Origin: Planctomycetota bacterium
GTDB lineage: Bacteria; Planctomycetota; UBA1135; UBA2386
NCBI GenBank assembly: GCA_025459175.1
Contig: JALORC010000012.1
Location: 23,978 to 87,977, forward strand
DNA: 64,000 nt
Direction: 5' to 3'
Below are positions 58,205-64,000 of this stretch, piece by piece. Position numbers and translations under genes: made by a program. Under the pieces are notes generated by a model. That model searched no databases. It saw only the letters and a program-made list of their open reading frames with translations, and had not been told where the DNA came from. Positions within the stretch are counted from its first letter, which is position 1, and the number at the start of each line of letters is the position of its first letter.

Positions 58205-60292
58205 ATGTTGCGCCATCGTGCCGCGGTCGTTCTCGCTCTGCTCGGTTCCCTGCCGGCCCAGGCCACGTTCGTGCCGGAAGCGTCGATCCGGCTGCGGGTC
58301 GATGGCCTGACTGAACTGTTCGCGGCGCTGCCGGCCACCCACATTGGCCGCCTGCTCGGCGAGCCGGTGGCGCACGCCGCGCTGCAGCAAGCGCTGGTGC
58401 GATATCGCGCCCTGGTGCAGCGTCGCAACGCTCTGCTCGGGCCGCTGCGCCCGGTGTTGGCGGAGCAACCTGTTTGGCTGCAGAGCAGCTTCGCCGAGAA
58501 GGAAGCCTGGCGCTTCTGGCAGGAAGTCGACTGGTCCGACCTGCGCAGCGTCGAGCTGGCCTTCACGCCGCCGACCGATCTAGCGACCCCGCCCCGCCAC
58601 GTGCTGACATTCCAGTGCACGCCGCGCGCCGAGGGACGGCTCACCGCCCGCTTCGAGCGGCTCGCCAATGAGCTCCGGCAGAGCGGGGTCTGGCGCCCCG
58701 CCGACAACGAGAAGATCGCGGGCGTGCCCGGCCACGTGCTGCGCGGGCCGCAACCCGAGGCCAGCGAGCACAACGGCGAACCGATGGCCCCGGCGGCGCT
58801 GTGGCTGCTGCACACGCCGGGCCAGTTCGCGCTCGCCGGCGGCGAGCCGGGGCCCGGCACCCTGGTCGAGCAACCGACGCCACGGCCGGCGGGCGCGAGC
58901 CTCGAATTCGACGTTCCCGCCCTGCTGCAGGCCAGCGCGAACCCGGACGGCACGGTCGACCCGGTCGCGGTGGCGCTGGGCCTCGACGCCGTCCAGCGGG
59001 TCGCCTGGTCCGCGCGCATCGCCGGCGAACTGCTGCTCGAGGAAGTCGAGCTCATCAACCTGCGCGCACCGTCCGGCCTGATCGGCGCGATGCTGGGCGG
59101 CACCGCCGACTTGCCGGCGCAGGCCCTGCCGAAGGGCGCCCTGCTGCAGCTGCGCGTGGCCGCCGATCTCGCCCAGCTGCCGGCGATCCTCGAGGCGCTG
59201 GAAGTGCCGCTGCCACCCGAAGCGCTCACCGGCCTGTTGCCGCACCTGACCGGCGGCATCGCGCTCGGCACCGCCGCGCCGGCCACCGGCGGTGTGATCC
59301 CGCGCCTGTTCGCGACGCTCGGACTGCGTTCGGCCGAAGCAGCCGCGACCGCGCTCGCCGAGCTGGTGCCGCCGACGTTGCTCGGTCGCCCGGTCACCTA
59401 CAGCGGCGTGCGCTGCACGACGCTGAAGCTGCCGGACGTGCCCGCCGGCCTGCAGCCCGCGTTCGCCGTGCACGACGGTCGCCTGTGGCTCGCCGAGTCC
59501 CCGCGCAGCCTGCGCGACCTGCTGGCCGCGCAGACGGATGGCGCCACCGCGATGGACACCGCCGACGCGCCGCTGCCCCCCGGCGAAGGCGAGCCGCTGC
59601 CGACGTTCGACCTGCGCTTCGACGAAGCGGCGATCTACCGCACGCTCTACGACGTCTGGCTGCCGCTGTATGCGCTGACGGCCGCGACCCAGCCCGGCAT
59701 GAAGGCGTTGCTCGAACGCGCCGATCTGCCGACTCCGGACGAGGCGAGCCCCCACCTCGGGCGCACCCGCGGCGTGCTGCGGCGCCGCGGCGACCACCAT
59801 GTCGTGCAGCACCTCGGCCGGCTCGGTGGCCCGCTGCTGTGCGGCTACGCGATGACGTGGGGACCGATCACCAGCGCCAGCATCGCCGAGCCGTGGTTCT
59901 ACGACTCGATGCGCGGCGCCCTGGCCAGGCTGCAGCTCGAGGCCGCCTGGACGGCGCTGTCGAAGTGGAAGGACCAGCACGGCAGCTTCCCGCCCGACCT
60001 CGGCGCCCTCGTGAAGGCGGGGCTGCTGCAGCCCGACCAGCTGCTGGTGCCCGCGGATCCGGCCCCCGACGTGCTGAAGCTCGACGACGGCCGCGTGGTC
60101 CGCAGCTCGTATCGCTACTTCCGCGAGCCGGTCGCGGTCAACGCGGCCGAGGGCAGCGGCCGCATGCTGCTGATCGGGATCGAGGTGCAGCAGAGTCCCT
60201 TCTCCCAGCGGCCGATGCTCGCCGACGACGGCACCCAGCCGCAGGTCTGGGGCAACACCGCCAACCAGCCGATCGACGAATTCGGCAAGTAG
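58205..60292 (+). CDS. Secreted hypothetical protein (695 aa)
   Basis: Signal MLRHRAAVVLALLGSLPAQA. No recognisable motifs. Coding-like codon usage. Confidence 0.45.
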   Translation: MLRHRAAVVLALLGSLPAQATFVPEASIRLRVDGLTELFAALPATHIGRLLGEPVAHAALQQALVRYRALVQRRNALLGPLRPVLAEQPVWLQSSFAEKEAWRFWQEVDWSDLRSVELAFTPPTDLATPPRHVLTFQCTPRAEGRLTARFERLANELRQSGVWRPADNEKIAGVPGHVLRGPQPEASEHNGEPMAPAALWLLHTPGQFALAGGEPGPGTLVEQPTPRPAGASLEFDVPALLQASANPDGTVDPVAVALGLDAVQRVAWSARIAGELLLEEVELINLRAPSGLIGAMLGGTADLPAQALPKGALLQLRVAADLAQLPAILEALEVPLPPEALTGLLPHLTGGIALGTAAPATGGVIPRLFATLGLRSAEAAATALAELVPPTLLGRPVTYSGVRCTTLKLPDVPAGLQPAFAVHDGRLWLAESPRSLRDLLAAQTDGATAMDTADAPLPPGEGEPLPTFDLRFDEAAIYRTLYDVWLPLYALTAATQPGMKALLERADLPTPDEASPHLGRTRGVLRRRGDHHVVQHLGRLGGPLLCGYAMTWGPITSASIAEPWFYDSMRGALARLQLEAAWTALSKWKDQHGSFPPDLGALVKAGLLQPDQLLVPADPAPDVLKLDDGRVVRSSYRYFREPVAVNAAEGSGRMLLIGIEVQQSPFSQRPMLADDGTQPQVWGNTANQPIDEFGK

Positions 60293-60328
60293 CCGCCCGC
60301 CCGTTACACTCCCGCCCCGGACATCCCC

Positions 60329-61273
60329 ATGCGATTCGAGAACCAGGAAGAGAGTCAGAACGTCGACGACCGCCGCGGCGGCGGCGGCGGTGCCCCGAGC
60401 GGCGGCGGCCCGGGCTTCGGCGGTTTCCAGCTGCCGATGGGCAGAGGCGGCATGGGCATCGGCGGCCTGCTGATCATGCTGGTCGTGGCCTGGTTCGCCG
60501 GCATCAACCCGCTGCAGCTGCTGAGTGGCAACGCCCAGCTGCCGCAGGCGAACGCGAGCCAGCAGCAGCGCCGCGGCGGCTCGGCGCCGGTGCAGGAGTC
60601 CGCAGTCGAGGGCGCCCGCGCGGTGTTCGTCAAGAAGGTGCTGGCGACCACCGAGACCTGCTGGCGCGACCTGTTCCCGAAGGCGTTCGGCAAGGCCTAC
60701 CAGGATCCGGTGCTGGTGCTGTTCCGCGACCAGGTCAACAGCGCCTGCGGCGAAGCCGGCGCCTCGGTCGGGCCGTTCTACTGCCCCGGCGACAAGCAGG
60801 TGTACATCGACCTGTCGTTCTTCGACGTGATGGAGCGCCAGCTCGGCGCCAAGGGTGACTTCGCGCAGGCCTACGTGGTCGCGCACGAGGTCGGCCACCA
60901 CGTGCAGAACCTGCTCGGCACCAACCGCAAGGTCCAGGCGATGCAGCGGCTGGGCGAACGCGAGTACAACCGCGCCTCGGTCAAGCTGGAGCTGCAGGCC
61001 GACTACTACGCGGGTGTCTGGGCCCACTACGTCGACAAGAACTTGCGCGGCGACAAGACCAAGGAGCGCGTCACCATCGAGCCGGGCGACTTCGAGGAAG
61101 CGATCAACGCCGCGCAGCAGATCGGCGACGACACCTTGCAGAGGAAGTCGACCGGCACCGTGGTGCCGGAGAAGTTCACGCACGGCACCTCGGCGCAGCG
61201 CATGAAGTGGTTCCGGCTCGGCTTCGAGACCGGCGACCCGACCGCGCACGATCCGTTCGTCGAGGAGAAGTGA
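60329..61273 (+). CDS. YpfJ-family neutral zinc metallopeptidase
   Basis: Gly-rich N-terminus plus a TM helix. HEVGHHVQ zinc-binding motif and a downstream E...Y pattern. Confidence 0.75.
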   Translation: MRFENQEESQNVDDRRGGGGGAPSGGGPGFGGFQLPMGRGGMGIGGLLIMLVVAWFAGINPLQLLSGNAQLPQANASQQQRRGGSAPVQESAVEGARAVFVKKVLATTETCWRDLFPKAFGKAYQDPVLVLFRDQVNSACGEAGASVGPFYCPGDKQVYIDLSFFDVMERQLGAKGDFAQAYVVAHEVGHHVQNLLGTNRKVQAMQRLGEREYNRASVKLELQADYYAGVWAHYVDKNLRGDKTKERVTIEPGDFEEAINAAQQIGDDTLQRKSTGTVVPEKFTHGTSAQRMKWFRLGFETGDPTAHDPFVEEK

Positions 61274-61316
61274 GCGCGGCCCGCGCAGCGCCACGGGGCG
61301 CCGTGCGGCCTCGAGA

Positions 61317-62261
61317 TCACTTGGCCTTTTCCTCGCCGCCGGCCTTGGCCTCATCGAGCAGCTTCTGCCAGTTCTGCTTCTGGCGCTCGATGCCCGGCGC
61401 CTTCTCGTCGGCATAGCGCTTCTGCAGCGCATCGAACGCCTGCTGCGCCAGCGCCGGGTCCTTCTGCTTGCTGGCGTGCGTCAGCACCTGGTTCCAGAAC
61501 ATGCCGCTCATCGCGGCGCTCGGCACCTTGCCGGCCTTCGCCATCTCGGCCACCGCGGCCGCGGTCTTCTCGGGACCGTTCTCGCGGATCTTGCCGAACA
61601 GCGCCTGCACCTCGGCATCGACGAGCTTGCCGGCGACCAGCGCCTTCTCGCTGTCGTCGAGCTTCAGCTGGTCGGCGCGCGCCTGGATCTGCTCGGCGGC
61701 GATCAGGTCGAGCTTCAGCTCGGCGAGGAACAGCTGCTTGTTCTCGGCCGCGGAACGATCGCTCTTGCCGCGCAGCTTGGCCAGCGACAGCGTCTCGGCG
61801 TGCGTGTCGACGAACGCCTGCACCGAACGACCGGGCTTGGTCAACACGTTGCCTTCCGCGTCCATGAAGCAGATCGACGGGAAGCCGCGGAAGCCCTTGT
61901 CCTGCAGCAGGGTCGGGTACTTCTCGTCCTCGACGCGCGAGGTGTTGTGCAGGAACAGCACGACGGACTTGGCGAACTCGGGGAACTTGGGATCGGAGAG
62001 CGGACCGCCCTCCAGTGCATCACAAGGGCCTCAAGCCGCGTAGCTGCGGGTGAAGTAGGCGAAGATCAGCTTGCCGTCCTTCTTGGCCTGTTCACGCGCC
62101 AGGTCGTAGTCGTGGACCCAGGGCGCCTTTTGGAACACCGGCTTCGCCAGCTTCTCGGTGCGCTTCTGTTTGAGGTCGTCCTGGCTCGGCTGGGGACGGT
62201 TCTGCGCCGGCAGCAACGCGCCGAGCAGCGCGGCCATCGGGAGTACGTGACGTAGTTTCAT
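61317..62261 (-). CDS. Periplasmic thioredoxin-fold (Thioredoxin_7-like) protein; candidate selenoprotein with in-frame TGA at 62031-62033 giving a U-G-P-C motif
   Basis: The two listed ORFs (62031..62336 and 61317..61961) are in the same frame, separated only by one TGA. Read through, the frame gives ...KKDGKLIFAYFTRSYAA-[TGA]-GPCDALEGGPLSDPKFPEFAKSVVLFLHNTSRVEDEKYPTLLQDKGFRGFPSICFMDAEGNV, a thioredoxin fold with the TGA at the CxxC first-Cys position. Signal peptide MKLRHVLPMAALLGALLPAQ. Confidence 0.55.
61995..62013 (-). ncRNA. Candidate bacterial SECIS hairpin 18 nt downstream of the in-frame UGA
   Basis: mRNA GGAGGGC-GGUCC-GCUCUCC forms a 7-bp stem (one G.U pair) with a 5-nt loop containing GGU. 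A possible outer CUUG/CAAG pairing extends it. Confidence 0.35.
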
Positions 62262-62384
62262 GGTTGGGCCGGGCATCGTGCCGGGCCGGGACGCGGCTGG
62301 CGAACGGGGAAGCCCCACGTTGCAAAGGCCATACACACGCGCCGCCCACCACCTTCAGCAGCCCGGCCTCGATACCATGGGCCG

Positions 62385-63590
62385 ATGCGCACCTGTCTCG
62401 CGGCTCTGCTCTGCGCCGCCGTCGCCGGCAGCCAGACCCCGGGAACCACTCCGCCGGCCGCGACTCCGACCGCGACCTTGACCGGCCGCATCGACAGCCC
62501 CGGCCAGGGCCGGATCCGCGTCACCGTCTGGCACAACGACATGGAGAAGCGCTCGATCGACGCGATCGCCGAGGGTTTCGCCGACGCGGACGGCACCTTC
62601 ACGCTGCGCGACGTGCCATGGCGACGAGCGCAACAATGGGGGCAGCACAAGATGATCCTGGTCGGTCGCCAGACCGGCCACGCCGGCCTGCTCGAGCTGC
62701 GCTTCGACGACGCGCCGATCGACGCGATCCGCCTGCAGTTGAGACCGACCGTGGCGCTGCGCGGCACGCTGCGCGCCGCCGACACCGGGGCCCCGCTCGC
62801 CGACGCCTGGATCTGGCCCGCGATCTTCGGCGATGCCGCCGGTGGTCGCCATGCCGCATGGCTCACCGCCCCACTGCTGCCGTGGCTCGCGCGCACCGAC
62901 GCCGACGGCAACTTCACGTTGAACGGGCTGCCGCCGCTGTTCCCGTGCAAGCTGGTCGCCGGGCACGCCGACTTCGCCCGCACCTGGGTCGCGGCACCGG
63001 CCGCCGACCAGCCGATCGAAGCTCGGTTGCCGCGCGGCGGCCGCATCCGCGGCAGGGTCCTGCTGCCGGACGGCAGGCCGGCGGTGCGCGTGCTGGTCGC
63101 CACCGCGGCACAAGGCCTCGGCTACGGCGACAGCACGACCGACGAGCAAGGCCGGTACGAGCTGAGCAGCCTGCCCGCGGACACCTACAAGGTCTGGGCC
63201 GAGGCCGAGGGCCTGACCGTGATCGCGGTGCAGAACCTCGTCGTCGAAGCGGGCGGTGAGCTCGACGCGCAGGTGGTGCAGCTCGTGCACGGCGGCTTCA
63301 TCGAAGGCCGCCTCGTCGACGCCGCGACCGGGGCGCCGATCGCCCCAGGACCACACACCGATGTCGCGATGTACGGCCCCGCCCGCGGCGATGGCGGCGC
63401 GTGCGAATGCACGCCGGTGCGACCCGACGGCACGTTCAAGATCCGCGCGCCGGCAGGCCGCAACCGCATCTACCTGCGCGCGGCCGAGGGCTGGAGCGAA
63501 CCGAGCGAGGAGGTCGAAGTCCGCGAGGGCGAAGTGACACAAGTCGCGTGGAAGTTGCGGCGCGCGAAGAACGGGGAAGAACGTCGCTAA
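62385..63590 (+). CDS. Secreted protein with carboxypeptidase-regulatory-like beta-sandwich repeats
   Basis: Signal MRTCLAALLCAAVAGSQ. Repeated GRIRGRV...DG...Y..L units. Confidence 0.45.
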   Translation: MRTCLAALLCAAVAGSQTPGTTPPAATPTATLTGRIDSPGQGRIRVTVWHNDMEKRSIDAIAEGFADADGTFTLRDVPWRRAQQWGQHKMILVGRQTGHAGLLELRFDDAPIDAIRLQLRPTVALRGTLRAADTGAPLADAWIWPAIFGDAAGGRHAAWLTAPLLPWLARTDADGNFTLNGLPPLFPCKLVAGHADFARTWVAAPAADQPIEARLPRGGRIRGRVLLPDGRPAVRVLVATAAQGLGYGDSTTDEQGRYELSSLPADTYKVWAEAEGLTVIAVQNLVVEAGGELDAQVVQLVHGGFIEGRLVDAATGAPIAPGPHTDVAMYGPARGDGGACECTPVRPDGTFKIRAPAGRNRIYLRAAEGWSEPSEEVEVREGEVTQVAWKLRRAKNGEERR

Positions 63591-63603
63591 GTCACGCCAC
63601 GAG

Positions 63604-63972
63604 TCAGCCCCTCCCACCAGTCCAGCCGAACATCACGTCCTCCGGATGTTCGGGCAGCATCGACAGAGCAGCTGCCACGAAAATGAGCCCAGCAGCCCAC
63701 CCGAGTCTGCCCGGGCGCTGCTGCGCGATCGTCGCCAGCTGTTCGTTGTTGAACACGGCATAGACGGGCACGCGCTCGCTCTCGGCGAACTGCTTGCGCA
63801 GTTCGCGCAGGCGACTGAACACGACGAATTCCGCCGGGCGCAAGATCTCGCGGTAGTCGATGCGGTTCCTGCGATCGCCGTGCGCGTAGGCGGCGCCACC
63901 GCTGCGGGCGACGCCGACTTCGAGGTACTCGACCGCCACGCACCACAGCACGCGGTCGCCAGTAGTCGCCAA
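63604..63972 (-). CDS. HRDC-like domain protein fragment (the gene probably continues beyond the window end)
   Basis: LRELRKQFAESERVPVYAVFNNEQLATIAQQRP resembles an HRDC helix bundle. The upstream extent is not visible. Confidence 0.3.
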   Translation of the reverse strand: MATTGDRVLWCVAVEYLEVGVARSGGAAYAHGDRRNRIDYREILRPAEFVVFSRLRELRKQFAESERVPVYAVFNNEQLATIAQQRPGRLGWAAGLIFVAAALSMLPEHPEDVMFGWTGGRG

Positions 63973-64000
63973 CTGCGGCAGGACCGAGACGGTGCGGTCG

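Noticed and set aside
1-64000. CRISPR arrays, IS elements and integrases
   Set aside because: No direct-repeat/spacer periodicity, no transposase or integrase motifs (DDE, R-H-R-Y) and no terminal inverted repeats detected by eye.

Overview
This window is a very GC-rich (about 70%) chromosomal segment from a diderm bacterium. KdsA, lipoprotein signals, abundant Ser/Thr kinases and ECF sigma factors suggest a Myxococcota- or Planctomycetota-like lineage, but I cannot fix the taxon from sequence alone. Most of it is housekeeping and envelope genes: aconitase (truncated at the 5' window edge), valS, kdsA, rnhA, acpH, recQ, cdd, deoA and deoC, an NfeD-flotillin pair, and GT-C/GT2 glycosyltransferases. 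Accessory-type content sits between them. The six-frame track is dominated by long spurious opposite-strand ORFs typical of high GC, so I called genes by domain motifs, signal peptides and start-stop coupling rather than ORF length. The main non-obvious observations are: (1) a thioredoxin-fold periplasmic protein whose reading frame continues through an in-frame TGA exactly at the first Cys of a U-G-P-C redox motif, with a hairpin just downstream, so it is a candidate selenoprotein; (2) four secreted paralog-like proteins scattered across the window that share a roughly 40-aa C-terminal module, two of which also carry repeated NIDO-like motifs; (3) an operon encoding a receiver domain, an archaeal/eukaryotic-type Pus10-like pseudouridine synthase and an unknown protein; (4) an ECF-like sigma whose stop overlaps (GTGA) the start of a 1,100-aa secreted YVTN beta-propeller / two-CXXCH / Ca-binding protein; (5) aconitase carrying a roughly 125-aa histone-H1-like KAAK-repeat tail; (6) an AbiEi/AbiEii toxin-antitoxin module with a palindromic operator; and (7) an ECF sigma translationally coupled (ATGA) to a leucine-rich-repeat anti-sigma factor. 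I found no tRNA, rRNA, CRISPR or IS elements that I could support.
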